Shown piece after piece: positions 8,185 to 17,663 of a stretch of 49,808 bases of DNA. The notes under the pieces were generated by a model. That model had not been told where the DNA came from. It made no database searches and was given only the letters and a program-made list of their open reading frames with translations. How positions within the stretch are numbered: the stretch's first letter is position 1; each line of letters begins with the position of its first letter. Position numbers and translations under genes: made by a program. Source of the DNA: an uncultured Veillonellaceae bacterium. GTDB lineage: Bacteria; Bacillota; Negativicutes; UBA1444. The stretch is taken from assembly GCA_964647865.1 (NCBI GenBank), contig CAZYJK010000001.1, positions 1-49,808 of the forward strand, written 5' to 3'.

Positions 8185-10263
8185 TTAATCTTCGTCGTCT
8201 TGTTTTTCTTTTTTGTAGGCCTCAATGATCGCATCGGCCTGACGTTGCGGAACTTCGGCATAATTGTTGAACACCATGCTGAAACTGCCGCGCCCCTGCG
8301 TGATCGAACGCAAATCAATCGCATAACGGAACATTTCTGACATCGGCGCCATCGCCCTGACGATCCCCAGTCCGCCACCGATCGGTTCCATGCCTAGAAT
8401 CCGGCCGCGTTTGCCGTTAAGGTCGCCGATGATATCGCCCATATAGGACTCCGGCACCGTAACTTCAACATTGTAAATCGGTTCCAGCAAGATCGGCTTG
8501 GCTTGCACGACGCCTTTACGAATCGCCAATGCGCTGGCCACTTTGAACGACATCTCCGAAGAGTCGACATCGTGGTAAGAACCGTCGGTAAGGGTCACCT
8601 TGATATCAACCAGCGGATAGCCAGCGATAACGCCTTTGGCAAAGGCTTCGCGCACGCCCTTTTCAACGGCCGGGATAAATTGTTTCGGTACGGACCCGCC
8701 AAAAGTCGCATCGACAAATTCAAACGGAGAACCCGAAGGCATCGGATCGAGTTGCAACCAGACATGGCCGTACTGACCATGACCGCCGGTTTGTTTCTTA
8801 TGTTTACCCTCGACTTTGACGCCGGTACGGATCGTTTCGCGATAGGCGATTTTGGGATCGCTCAGTTTGACTTCAACGCCGAATTTACGTTTCAGTCGCT
8901 CGCCCATAATCGCCAGATGCAAATCACCCATGCCGCTGACCAACAACTGGCTGGTCTCCGCATCTTTTTTGAATTTCAACGTGGGATCTTCATCCGCCAA
9001 ACGATGCAAGGCGTTGCCAATTTTGTCTTCGTCGCCCTTATTCTTCGGTTCCAGGCACATCGTAAACATCAAACCGGGGTAAGCGATTGGTGAATACACA
9101 ACCGGCTTGTCCTTGTCGCACAAGGTGTCGCCTGTGCCGGTCTCCGCCATTTTCGCCACAACAACGATATCGCCGCAATGCGCGATAGTCATCGCATCCT
9201 GTGTTTTACCACGCATCGTGAACAAGTTGCCGATCCGTTCCGTCTTGTCTTTGGTCGAATTGTATAGCATGCTGTCCGGTTTCAACGTACCGGAAAAAAC
9301 CCGGATGAAACTGAGCCGTCCGACAAACGGGTCGGCGGTCGTCTTGAACACGAGAGCGGAGAACGGGTCGCCACAAGCTCTGGTCACGGCTTCATCATTT
9401 TTCGGATTGTTGCCGGTTGCCACCGCTTTGTCGGCATTCGGCGCATATTTGGCAATCGCGTTCAATATTTCGACGATTCCGATGTTCTTGGTCGCCGAGC
9501 CGCAAAATACCGGCACAAACCTTGCATCGGCAAGCCCTTTGACCAGGCCGGTGAAAATCTCTTCGTCCGTCAGTTCTTCCCCTTCCAGATACTTGGCAAG
9601 CACATCGTCATCCGCTTCTGCAGCAGCCTCAATCATGCTCATGCGCGCCAGTTCAGCCGCATCCTTCATATCGTCGGGGATTTCCGTTTCCGTTCCTTTG
9701 CCGCCTTTATAAATCACCGCTTTCATGGAAACCAGATCCACAATGCCGGTGAAGCTTTCTTGTGATCCAATCGGCAGTTGCATCGGCACTACACTGCCGC
9801 CGAAAGTTGCTTTCATGCCTTCTACCGCAGCATCGAAATCGGCGTTTTCCCGGTCCATCTTATTTACAAATGCTATGCGCGGTAATTTCTGATCCGCTGC
9901 ATATTTCCAAACTTTTTCGGTTTCCACCTCGACGCCCGATGCAGCGCATAGAACGACCAACGCCGCATCAACGGCCCGCAGGGCTCCTTTTACTTCCGAG
10001 ACGAAATCCGAATATCCCGGGGTATCCACGACATTGATCTTGAAATCTTTCCATTCACACGGAGCCAAAGCCGCACTGATACTGACCTTGCGCTTGACTT
10101 CCTCCGGTTCGAAATCGGTGGTCGCCGTGCCGTCATCAACACGTCCAAGGCGGGTAACCGCTCCGGCATTAAACAGCATAGCTTCGGCCAGAGAAGATTT
10201 TCCGGCGCCACCGTGAGCAACAATGCCCACATTTTTGATCCTGTCACTTTTGTACTCTTTCAA
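8185..10263 (-). CDS. elongation factor G paralog (EF-G2-like translational GTPase), not in a str-operon context
   Basis: 692 aa with EF-G domain order. G1 reads NVGIVAHGGAGKSS, G3 reads VDTPGYSDF, then NKMD, and the C-terminal domain IV/V-like sequence is present. The start is TTG 10263 with GGAGGGG upstream. Confidence 0.88.
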   Translation of the reverse strand: MKEYKSDRIKNVGIVAHGGAGKSSLAEAMLFNAGAVTRLGRVDDGTATTDFEPEEVKRKVSISAALAPCEWKDFKINVVDTPGYSDFVSEVKGALRAVDAALVVLCAASGVEVETEKVWKYAADQKLPRIAFVNKMDRENADFDAAVEGMKATFGGSVVPMQLPIGSQESFTGIVDLVSMKAVIYKGGKGTETEIPDDMKDAAELARMSMIEAAAEADDDVLAKYLEGEELTDEEIFTGLVKGLADARFVPVFCGSATKNIGIVEILNAIAKYAPNADKAVATGNNPKNDEAVTRACGDPFSALVFKTTADPFVGRLSFIRVFSGTLKPDSMLYNSTKDKTERIGNLFTMRGKTQDAMTIAHCGDIVVVAKMAETGTGDTLCDKDKPVVYSPIAYPGLMFTMCLEPKNKGDEDKIGNALHRLADEDPTLKFKKDAETSQLLVSGMGDLHLAIMGERLKRKFGVEVKLSDPKIAYRETIRTGVKVEGKHKKQTGGHGQYGHVWLQLDPMPSGSPFEFVDATFGGSVPKQFIPAVEKGVREAFAKGVIAGYPLVDIKVTLTDGSYHDVDSSEMSFKVASALAIRKGVVQAKPILLEPIYNVEVTVPESYMGDIIGDLNGKRGRILGMEPIGGGLGIVRAMAPMSEMFRYAIDLRSITQGRGSFSMVFNNYAEVPQRQADAIIEAYKKEKQDDED

Positions 10264-10398
10264 ATCGGGCCCCTCCTATTTTTGTCAATTTGCTTTCAGC
10301 GAGTATCGCGATCATATTTTTTATAAATTCTCGCCTTTGCTGATATTTTCCTGCTGATTCTGACGATTCCAAAAAGTATATCTGAAAATATTTGCATG

Positions 10399-10428
10399 AA
10401 AAAACCGCCCCGGCAAAACCAAGGCGGT
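10399..10428 (-). terminator. candidate rho-independent terminator after the adenosyltransferase gene
   Basis: The minus strand reads ACCGCC-(13-nt loop)-GGCGGT followed by TTTTTT. The stem is short, so confidence is modest. Confidence 0.4.
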
Positions 10429-10434
10429 GGATAA

Positions 10435-10953
10435 CTAATGCATTTCTTCCGGTAGTTCGATTTCGACACGGGACAAGGTAAAACATAGGTCAGACAGCCG
10501 GTTTAGCACCACGATCAGATTCTCATCGATTTTTTCCTGACGGAACAGCCGCCACAACTGACGCTCGGCCCGCCGGGTAGTCGTTCTTGCCACGTCCAAC
10601 GCTGCCGCGCCCGGATTGTCGCCGGGAACGATGAAACGATTCAGCGGGGCCAGTTGAGCGGTAAACCCGTCGATGAGTTCTTCAAGCCAGGTCACGTCTT
10701 TTTCGCCGGTATAGGCAGAAGCTTGTCCCACGCTTGCCAAGTCCGACATCACCCGCTGCATCAAGAGTTTTTGCAGTTCCAGGATCGTACTGCGGACCTC
10801 ATCATTTTTCACATGCGCCCGGGCCATCCCCAGCGCAGAATTGATTTCATCGACGTTGCCATAGGCTTCTACCCGCAGACTGTCCTTGTCGACCCGTTGA
10901 CCCGTGTATAACCCGGTTGTCCCTTTGTCGCCCGTCTTGGTATAGATTTTCAT
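10435..10953 (-). CDS. ATP:cob(I)alamin adenosyltransferase, PduO type
   Basis: MKIYTKTGDKGTTGLYTGQRVDKDSLRVEAYGNVDEINSALG is the canonical PduO-type N-terminus. The start is ATG 10953 with GGAGG upstream; the track start at 10980 is an extension. Confidence 0.9.
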   Translation of the reverse strand: MKIYTKTGDKGTTGLYTGQRVDKDSLRVEAYGNVDEINSALGMARAHVKNDEVRSTILELQKLLMQRVMSDLASVGQASAYTGEKDVTWLEELIDGFTAQLAPLNRFIVPGDNPGAAALDVARTTTRRAERQLWRLFRQEKIDENLIVVLNRLSDLCFTLSRVEIELPEEMH

Positions 10954-10976
10954 GGCTTTTCCTCCATTCCGTTCTG

Positions 10977-11393
10977 TCAAAAAATTTCCGCAGCCGAGAA
11001 AAACGTGGCTGTCTCGCGAACAGCGCTTTCTGGTCCATCAGAGCCGTGAATCACGTTATTGGACATGGTCAGGGCAAAATCGCCGCGAATCGTTCCTGGC
11101 GTTGAATCCAGCGGATTGGTCGCACCCATCATCGTACGAACCGCCTTGATTGCATTCTCACCTTCCACAATCATCGCCACAATCGGTCCTGAAGTGATAA
11201 ACTCGACCAGGCCGGCAAAGAAAGGTTTCCCTGCATGCTCCGCATAATGCCGCTCCGCCATTTCGCGAGTCATCCGGCACAACTTGAGTGCCACGATCTT
11301 GAGGCCACGACGCTCGAAGCGGGCGATGATTTCGCCGCTCAACCGGCGTTCCACGCCATCAGGCTTGACCAGTACCAAAGTTCTTTCCATCAA
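10977..11393 (-). CDS. ndk: nucleoside-diphosphate kinase
   Basis: [17 protein letters not shown]...GATNP...GTIRGDFA...NVIHGSD, including the active-site His. Length 138 aa. Confidence 0.95.
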   Translation of the reverse strand: MMERTLVLVKPDGVERRLSGEIIARFERRGLKIVALKLCRMTREMAERHYAEHAGKPFFAGLVEFITSGPIVAMIVEGENAIKAVRTMMGATNPLDSTPGTIRGDFALTMSNNVIHGSDGPESAVRETATFFSAAEIF

Positions 11394-11430
11394 TGCACAC
11401 TCCTACTATTTCATATTCGTAACGAAATTC

Positions 11431-12516
11431 TCAGGCCAACAATTCCTGCATTTTTTTCGCATCCAACTTCCGTATCAAGGCAATCAATAACCGGACTGTC
11501 GATTCATAGTCCTTGCGGCTGATAATGCCATGGTGAGAGTGGATATAACGGGTCGGCACCGACAGTACGATACTGGGCACGCCCTGGGCGTGGAGATGGA
11601 TTCTGCCGCCATCCGTACCGCCGCCTTCGGAAAACTCCAGCTGGAACGGGATTTTTTCCGCCTTGGCTGTCTCCAGAACGAAGTCCCGCAATTTCACATG
11701 CGGAATCAATGAAGCATCATAAATACAGACAGCCACGCCTTCTCCAAGTTTGGCTGAGGCCTGGTCCTCGCTCATACCGGGAGTGTCGCCTGCAATGCAG
11801 GTATCCACGGCAAACGCGACATGCGGGCCGATCACATCGGCGCTTGTCTTGGCGCCGCGACAGCCGACTTCTTCCTGAACCGTTCCAACGCCGAACACAG
11901 TGTTTGGGTGTTTCAGTTTCGCCAGTTGCTGCAACACATCTGTCAGCACGGCGCAACCTACCCGATCATCCCATGCCTTGCCAACCAAAAAATCGGGGTT
12001 GGCCATCGTCGTAAACGGCGCGTATGGCACGATCGGCACGCCAGGAGTCACGCCCATCCGCTCTTCTGCGTCTTTTTTGTCAGCAGCGCCGATATCGATA
12101 TACATTTCACGCTTGGTAACCATCTTTTTCCGTTCGTCCGCCGACAGGACATGCGGCGGCTTTGAACCGATAATGCCGGGGATATCGCCTTTGGGAGACA
12201 TTACAGTGACCCGTTGGCCAAGCATGACCTGCTCCCACCAACCGCCCAAGCTGACAAATTTCAGGAATCCCTCTTTGGTGACCGTCTTCACCAGAAAGCC
12301 GATTTCATCCATATGGGCGGCCAACATCACAATCGGCCCATCGGCGCGACCTTGTTTTTTGAATATCACGCTGCCGATCCGGTCTTCCAGCACTTCACAC
12401 TGCCCCGCCAGTCTTTGGGTCATCAGGTCGCGAACCCTGCGCTCAAACCCGGACGGGCCGGGAACTTCCGAAATCTGCTTGAGCCAGTTCAACAATTTAT
12501 CGGTTTTTTGTTCCAC
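11431..12516 (-). CDS. M42 family metallopeptidase (glutamyl aminopeptidase / YsdC-FrvX-like)
   Basis: ...LLNWLKQISEVPGPSGFERRVRDLM...LAAHMDEIGFLV...AWDDRVGC...TVQEEVGCRGA...HS... are M42 motifs. I chose GTG 12516 (AGGAGAGGG upstream) because the track start at 12615 overlaps the upstream gene. Confidence 0.85.
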   Translation of the reverse strand: MEQKTDKLLNWLKQISEVPGPSGFERRVRDLMTQRLAGQCEVLEDRIGSVIFKKQGRADGPIVMLAAHMDEIGFLVKTVTKEGFLKFVSLGGWWEQVMLGQRVTVMSPKGDIPGIIGSKPPHVLSADERKKMVTKREMYIDIGAADKKDAEERMGVTPGVPIVPYAPFTTMANPDFLVGKAWDDRVGCAVLTDVLQQLAKLKHPNTVFGVGTVQEEVGCRGAKTSADVIGPHVAFAVDTCIAGDTPGMSEDQASAKLGEGVAVCIYDASLIPHVKLRDFVLETAKAEKIPFQLEFSEGGGTDGGRIHLHAQGVPSIVLSVPTRYIHSHHGIISRKDYESTVRLLIALIRKLDAKKMQELLA

Positions 12517-12526
12517 AATCCCTCTC

Positions 12527-13291
12527 CTATTCGCAATCCGCCACGATCCGGTTCTGCAATGAACCGATTCCGGCAATTTCAACGGTAACCCGGTCGCCGA
12601 CCTGCATCGGTCCAACCCCTGAAGGAGTTCCTGTCAAAATGACATCTCCCGGGTATAGCGTCATGACTTTGCTGACGAACTCCACCAAATAAGGCACGGA
12701 AAAAATCAGGTTGTTCGTATTGGAGGACTGCCGCAATTCGTCGTTGACCCAGCCTTTTATCTCCAGCGTATGCGGGTCCAGTTCGGTTTCAATGCAGGGT
12801 CCCAGCGGCAAAAAAGTGTCAAACCCCTTGCCGCGGGTCCATTGCCCGTCACCTTTCTGAATATCTCGCGCGGTGACGTCATTGGCGCAAGTATAACCGA
12901 AGATATATTCGCCGGCTTTTTCAGCTTTGACATGCCTTGCCGTCCTGCCGATGACAACTGCGAGCTCTGCTTCATGGTGAAGGTTATTTGATATGGACGG
13001 ATAACAAACCTCACCGTCCGGATCATTCAATGCCGAGGACGGTTTCAGAAACATCAGCGGCTCTTTCGGCAATTCCGATTTCATTTCTTCGGCATGGTCG
13101 CGATAATTCAAGCCGATGCAAACCGCCTTGCTCGGCTTGCATGGCGCCAGCAGTTTCACTTCATTCAGGCCAACGACATGACCCGTAGGCGTATGTTCCG
13201 CGAAAAAATCTCCCTGCAAAACATTGATGCGATCTCCCGACAGAATGCCACAGAAAACATCATTTTTCCACAAAAAACGGACATACTTCAT
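12527..13291 (-). CDS. fumarylacetoacetate hydrolase (FAH) family protein
   Basis: MKYVRFLWKNDVFCGIL...KAVCIGLNYRDHAEE...HEAELAVVIG...NDVTARD...KGFDTF.. PLGP...LYPGDVILTGTPSGVG are FAH-family motifs. ATG 13291 has GGAGG upstream. Confidence 0.88.
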   Translation of the reverse strand: MKYVRFLWKNDVFCGILSGDRINVLQGDFFAEHTPTGHVVGLNEVKLLAPCKPSKAVCIGLNYRDHAEEMKSELPKEPLMFLKPSSALNDPDGEVCYPSISNNLHHEAELAVVIGRTARHVKAEKAGEYIFGYTCANDVTARDIQKGDGQWTRGKGFDTFLPLGPCIETELDPHTLEIKGWVNDELRQSSNTNNLIFSVPYLVEFVSKVMTLYPGDVILTGTPSGVGPMQVGDRVTVEIAGIGSLQNRIVADCE

Positions 13292-13330
13292 AATACCGCG
13301 CCTCCTTATATATTTTTCGCCGGTTTGCCT

Positions 13331-13369
13331 GAACAAAGACGGCTCTCTGTCTCGAAGCAGAGAGCCGTC
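13331..13369 (-). terminator. rho-independent terminator after htpX
   Basis: 12-bp perfect stem gacggctctctg / cagagagccgtc (13338-13369) with an 8-nt loop. On the minus strand it is followed by TTTGTTC. Confidence 0.6.
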
Positions 13370-13386
13370 CGCGGGCAACCCGGCAA

Positions 13387-14262
13387 TCAGCGCATCGTGC
13401 GCGCCAATTCCTGCAATTTCTCTATCCGCGCCTCGGTGGCCGGGTGAGTGCTGAACAGGCTGGTCAGCCAAGCGCCGGAGCCAGCGAAAGGATTCACGAT
13501 AAACATGTGCGATGTAGCCGGCGTTGCTTCCGGCATCATCCGATGCTGGGCATAGTACTCGATTTTCTTAAGCGCCGAAGCCAGCGCCATCGGTTGACCG
13601 GTCAGCCGGCCGGCTGACTCGTCGGCCATGTACTCCCGCGAACGCGAGATGGCGAACTGAATCAAGGCGGCAGCCAGCGGCGCCAGGATAATCATGAACA
13701 ACGAACCGACAAGTCCGCCGCCGTTATCCTCGTCATCGCTTCTGCCCATGCCGAAAATCGCCGCCCATTGCGCCATATTCGCCAGCATGGTGATTGCTCC
13801 GGCGAGCGAGGAGACCATCGTGCTGATCAAAGTGTCGCGGTGTTTGACATGACTGAGTTCGTGAGCCATAACGCCTTCCAGTTCCGCTTCGGTCAGTCCG
13901 CGCATCAGTGAAGTCGTTACCGCCACTGCGGCATGTTCCGGGTCCCGCCCGGTTGCAAAAGCATTCGGAGCATCTGTATCAATGATATAAACCCGCGGCA
14001 TCGGCAGGTTGTCTTTGCGCGCCAGATTAGCCACCATCCCCACCAGGTTGGGCGCCGTCTGCATATCAACTTCACGGGCTCCATACATCTTGAGGACGAT
14101 CTTGTCACTGTACCAATAGCTAAAAAAGTTCATCAGCATGGACACGACAAACATAATGGTCATGCCGCGCGTCCCGCCGAAGAAACTCCCGGCCGCAATC
14201 AGCAGGCCGGTCAGAGCAGCCAGCAATACGGTCGTTTTTAAGGCATTCACGTTTTTATACAC
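13387..14262 (-). CDS. htpX: zinc metalloprotease HtpX (M48 family)
   Basis: 291 aa with multiple TM segments, the HELSHVKHRD zinc motif, and a downstream E in ...SREYMADE... Confidence 0.93.
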   Translation of the reverse strand: MYKNVNALKTTVLLAALTGLLIAAGSFFGGTRGMTIMFVVSMLMNFFSYWYSDKIVLKMYGAREVDMQTAPNLVGMVANLARKDNLPMPRVYIIDTDAPNAFATGRDPEHAAVAVTTSLMRGLTEAELEGVMAHELSHVKHRDTLISTMVSSLAGAITMLANMAQWAAIFGMGRSDDEDNGGGLVGSLFMIILAPLAAALIQFAISRSREYMADESAGRLTGQPMALASALKKIEYYAQHRMMPEATPATSHMFIVNPFAGSGAWLTSLFSTHPATEARIEKLQELARTMR

Positions 14263-14301
14263 CTCCAGTAAATTTGCAGGTCATTTGGGCCTACAATGTA
14301 T

Positions 14302-14330
14302 ATTATAAGGGTTTTGGGCAATATTCTCAA
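14302..14330 (-). promoter_or_regulatory. sigma-70-type promoter for htpX (TTGAGA-N17-TATAAT)
   Basis: The minus strand reads TTGAGA (14325-14330), a 17-nt spacer, then TATAAT (14302-14307), about 40 nt upstream of ATG 14262. Confidence 0.6.
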
Positions 14331-14362
14331 GATGATTCCTGTTGCGCAGACCCCCTGCCGCC

Positions 14363-14390
14363 AAAAAACAAACCGCAGCCTAGCTGCGGT
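14363..14390 (-). terminator. rho-independent terminator after motB
   Basis: The minus strand reads ACCGCAGC-TAG-GCTGCGGT followed by TTGTTTTTT. Confidence 0.75.
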
Positions 14391-14423
14391 CAAAATTTTC
14401 AGATCAATGCTTCACTGGTACTA

Positions 14424-15221
14424 CTATCTGGTTTGACTCTGCCGCTGACTGCGGATGATCCACACCTCGACCCGTCGGTTTTTTGCGCGGGCCTCATCAT
14501 TGGCATTTGGCGTCACCGGTCGGTATTCGCCATAACCGACAGCACTGAAATTGGCCGGCTTTAATGCAGGTTCCACAGAAAACAGAAACCGCATGAAATT
14601 TACCGCCCGCATGCCGCTCAACTCCCAGTTGGACGGAAACATACCAGTATTGATCGGAACATTGTCGGTATGTCCGGCTACGACGATCTGTTGCGGCAAC
14701 CCGCTAAGCAACTTTGCGATTTCACCGCCCAGTTTTCTGGCTTCCGGAAACAGCTCCGCCTGCCCGGAAGCGAATAATGCCGAATCCTTGATACGAATCC
14801 GCAGTCCGTCTTCCACCAGTTGCGCTTCCAATTCACCGCCCAATCCCTGCAATTTGATATACCGATCCACCGCTTCCTTGACCTGCAGCAACTGAACCGT
14901 TTCCCGGAGCGCGGCCTGGGTTTCACCGATCGATTGCGGCGGACTCATGACTTCCTTGTTCATGCGATTTTCTGAAGGAGGCGGACTGTCAATCGGCACC
15001 AGCTGCGGCGCCGTCTGATTATAAGGCATCAGGGTTGCCGCCCCGCCGCCAAACGCGATATGAAAGGACCTACCCATTTCACCGAGTTTCTTTTCATCGG
15101 TCTTGCCCATCGCAAACAACACGATGAACAACGCCAATAACAATGTCAGCAGGTCCGCATAAGGAACCAGCCAGGTCTCATCTGCATGTTCTTCGTGGTG
15201 CTCCGCATGTTTACGCCCCAT
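14424..15221 (-). CDS. motB: flagellar motor stator protein MotB (OmpA-like C-terminal domain)
   Basis: N-terminus ...ETWLVPYADLLTLLLALFIVLFAM carries the conserved plug/TM region with Asp. The C-terminus ...VAGHTDNVPI...SNWELSGMRA...ARAKNRRVEV is an OmpA/MotB peptidoglycan-binding motif. Confidence 0.9.
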   Translation of the reverse strand: MGRKHAEHHEEHADETWLVPYADLLTLLLALFIVLFAMGKTDEKKLGEMGRSFHIAFGGGAATLMPYNQTAPQLVPIDSPPPSENRMNKEVMSPPQSIGETQAALRETVQLLQVKEAVDRYIKLQGLGGELEAQLVEDGLRIRIKDSALFASGQAELFPEARKLGGEIAKLLSGLPQQIVVAGHTDNVPINTGMFPSNWELSGMRAVNFMRFLFSVEPALKPANFSAVGYGEYRPVTPNANDEARAKNRRVEVWIIRSQRQSQTR

Positions 15222-15227
15222 TGTCGA

Positions 15228-16010
15228 TCAACCTCCCTCGGCCCCTTTGAGGGATTTGCGTTTGGCTGCCGGCAAGAACACGACCAGTTTGGCTTCGATC
15301 GCAACAGGCGAATCGCCGGCCTGCAGGGACAAAATCCCTTCGACCATCATTCGCTTGAGCTCCACTTCTTCTTTGGACATCAGCTTTAATTTATTCGCAA
15401 ACGGATGCCACATGACATAACCGGAAAAAATACCGAACATCGTCGCGACAAAGGCAGCTGCGATTGCATGACCCAGTGCATCGATATCCGCCATGTTGCC
15501 CAGTGCAGCGATCAAACCGATAACCGCGCCAAGCACGCCGAGCGTCGGCGCATACATGCCGGCCTGGGAGAAAATCAGGGCACCGGTCCGGTGCCGTTCT
15601 TCCATCAGTGCGATATCGAGTTCCAAAACATCACGGACAAACGCGCCGTCCATCCCGTCGATAACCATCGTCATCCCGCCGCGCAAAAATGAGTCCTGAA
15701 CCTCATTCAGACTGTTTTCCAGGGCGAGCAGTCCTTCACGGCGCGCCGTCTGAGCAAATCCCACCATGATTTTGACCAAATCCTCCGCGTGCATCAACTG
15801 GGGTTTCTTGAGCAATAATTTGAAATAAACCGGCATTCGCTTGATGATTTCCATCGGAAAAGCATTGAGCAGCGCGCCAAACGTACCGACGAAAATAATC
15901 AGAACCGCCGCCGGATTGATCAACACTTCCGGTGGTGCTCCCTTTAGCGCCATACCAACAACAACGGCCAACAACCCGACAATCATGCCGGCAACTGTCG
16001 AAATCTCCAA
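15228..16010 (-). CDS. motA: flagellar motor stator protein MotA
   Basis: A start at TTG 16010 (GGGGGAG upstream) gives (M)EISTVAGMIVGLLAVVVGMALKG..., which aligns residue for residue with the B. subtilis MotA N-terminus as I recall it. Four TM segments and a MotA/TolQ/ExbB channel region are present. Confidence 0.88.
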   Translation of the reverse strand: MEISTVAGMIVGLLAVVVGMALKGAPPEVLINPAAVLIIFVGTFGALLNAFPMEIIKRMPVYFKLLLKKPQLMHAEDLVKIMVGFAQTARREGLLALENSLNEVQDSFLRGGMTMVIDGMDGAFVRDVLELDIALMEERHRTGALIFSQAGMYAPTLGVLGAVIGLIAALGNMADIDALGHAIAAAFVATMFGIFSGYVMWHPFANKLKLMSKEEVELKRMMVEGILSLQAGDSPVAIEAKLVVFLPAAKRKSLKGAEGG

Positions 16011-16136
16011 ATTTACTCCCCCTATTCCGCCGCGAGCTAAAAGCAATCCTTTGCCTGGTCAAATAATTCGCCGACAAGCAAACGAAGTCCTGCCCGAGCA
16101 GGAAGCCCCTCTTTGAAAAAATTCCCTGCAAATTTG

Positions 16137-16164
16137 TTATCGACAAAATCAGCCGGAAACTGAA
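16137..16164 (-). promoter_or_regulatory. candidate sigma-28 (SigD/FliA) promoter for motAB
   Basis: The minus strand reads TTCAGTTT-N12-GTCGATAA, against the enteric consensus TAAAGTTT-N11-GCCGATAA. That is 6/8 and 7/8 matches, about 120 nt upstream of the motA start. Confidence 0.4.
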
Positions 16165-16205
16165 CCATTTTCGAAAAATAACCTGGACAAAAAAAGAAGC
16201 CGCGA

Positions 16206-16859
16206 TTAATGCAGCGTATACGCCAGGATCTCTTCGACCGTATCAACAAGATAAGTTGGCCTGGCCGAAGTCAATTCAGCCCGGCTACCATATCCGTAGC
16301 TGACGGCAAGCGAATCAAGCTGATTGAGCTTGGCGCCGAGGACATCATGCTTACGATCGCCAATCATCAGCACTTCTTCTGCACATGGTACGCCAAGATT
16401 TTTCAGGGCATGCTCAATGACTTCGGCTTTTTCCACCCTTGATCCATCCAGGTTGCTGCCAGCGACAAAGACAAAAGAATCCGCCAACGCAAAATGCTGC
16501 AATATCCGATTCGCAAAAACATGGGGCTTGGAGGTGGCAACTGCCAAAGTTTTTCCAGCAGACCGCAGTTTTTCCAGCAATTCTGGAATTCCTGCATAAA
16601 CAGCATTCTCATAAATTCCGGTCTGGCTGAAGTATTCGCGATAATACTGAACCGCCTGAACCGACTGCGCCTGATCCATGCTGTAAGACTCACGGAAAGA
16701 GGCAGCGAGTGGCGGCCCGATGAAGTGAATCAATTTTTCCAACGCCGGTTCCTCGATTCCCATGCGCCCCAGCGCATACTGCACCGATTTGGTTATCCCC
16801 ACCTGCGGGTCCGTCAGCGTTCCATCCAGGTCAAACAGAATCGTCGAATAGTGTTTCAT
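16206..16859 (-). CDS. HAD-IA family hydrolase (phosphoglycolate phosphatase / 5'-nucleotidase-like)
   Basis: MKHYSTILFDLDGTLTD is HAD motif I. ...VATSKP... is motif II. ...IGDRKHDVLGA... is motif III/IV. Confidence 0.85.
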   Translation of the reverse strand: MKHYSTILFDLDGTLTDPQVGITKSVQYALGRMGIEEPALEKLIHFIGPPLAASFRESYSMDQAQSVQAVQYYREYFSQTGIYENAVYAGIPELLEKLRSAGKTLAVATSKPHVFANRILQHFALADSFVFVAGSNLDGSRVEKAEVIEHALKNLGVPCAEEVLMIGDRKHDVLGAKLNQLDSLAVSYGYGSRAELTSARPTYLVDTVEEILAYTLH

Positions 16860-17570
16860 CTAGCGAAAAATCTCCGGTCGCAAAATATCCGCCACAAGGC
16901 GATAGGGGATCATCATGCGGACGATGCCTTCACTGTAAGGCGCTACTTCATACGGCTGGAAAAACAGCACGATCCCGTCGTCATTAAGATAAAATGCCGA
17001 ATCGGTTCCAATTCCCTTATACTCCCACATCGGCAGGTTTTTTGCGGCGCCTTGTTCACGGACAAACCGGTTCAAACGTTCGGCATAGTTGCTCCCCGGC
17101 CTGAACAAATCAGGCAACAACAATCGTTGCGCACTCACAAGGTCAATCGTATGACCGGTCTGCCAAGTCATGCCGTGCGCTCCGCCGGTGAATTGGTAAA
17201 TCTTTTGCGTAAGGCTGACAATCGTCATATCACTGCGAAACACTTCATAGTCAGCCATGAACACCAGAGCGTTCTTCACAGCTGCCGGCAATTGCGGCAC
17301 CAGTCGGGTTTCATAGGCAACCGGTTCAAACTCGCGCAGGCGTTGCAGAACGACCTGACGGTAGTATTCATTGAAGATCGCCATGTTTTCACCAGGCATT
17401 CCACTATCCAATTGCGGGATTTTCAGCGAAATCAGACTGCCTTGCTGCAACTGCATCGGCACGATAACGACCGGACTCGCCTCAACCGCTTGCAGCCCGC
17501 CGCCGGTCAGCAGCACGAACCCCAACATTATCAGACAGACATTTCTATTCCAGACGCTTCCCTGTTTCAT
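16860..17570 (-). CDS. secreted DUF3298/DUF4163 domain protein
   Basis: It has a signal peptide and ...IYQFTGGAHGMTWQTGHTIDL..., the GGAHG core typical of DUF3298. It directly abuts the HAD gene. Confidence 0.7.
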   Translation of the reverse strand: MKQGSVWNRNVCLIMLGFVLLTGGGLQAVEASPVVIVPMQLQQGSLISLKIPQLDSGMPGENMAIFNEYYRQVVLQRLREFEPVAYETRLVPQLPAAVKNALVFMADYEVFRSDMTIVSLTQKIYQFTGGAHGMTWQTGHTIDLVSAQRLLLPDLFRPGSNYAERLNRFVREQGAAKNLPMWEYKGIGTDSAFYLNDDGIVLFFQPYEVAPYSEGIVRMMIPYRLVADILRPEIFR

Positions 17571-17595
17571 TCCGCTTCTCCTTTCGTTCGTCCGG

Positions 17596-17624
17596 TTGTT
17601 TCCGGATAAAATCTAAGGTACAAT
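17596..17624 (+). promoter_or_regulatory. candidate sigma-70 promoter (TTGTTT-N17-TACAAT) for the 17664 gene
   Basis: The hexamers lie at 17596-17601 and 17619-17624 with a 17-nt spacer, about 40 nt upstream of the ATG. Confidence 0.45.
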
Positions 17625-17663
17625 AGTAATCAAGAATGTTTCGCCACAAGGAGGTGCATTGTA

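Noticed and set aside
14424-16010. MotA/MotB pair as a possible Zorya-like (ZorAB) defence module
   Set aside because: Both proteins have ordinary stator sizes (~260 aa). The MotA N-terminus is colinear with flagellar MotA, and MotB has a standard OmpA-like domain. There is no long ZorA tail and no ZorC/D-like genes. The promoter resembles sigma-28.
16011-16205. Possible c-di-GMP (GEMM) riboswitch in the motA leader, considered because the window is rich in c-di-GMP genes
   Set aside because: The leader lacks the conserved ACGCAAAGC / GGCAAACC cores of GEMM-I, and I could draw no convincing P1/P2 architecture.
16494-17609. 371-aa plus-strand ORF
   Set aside because: It is antisense to the HAD hydrolase and DUF3298 genes, both of which carry clear family motifs. 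Its composition is R/Q/H-rich, which is typical of a shadow frame.
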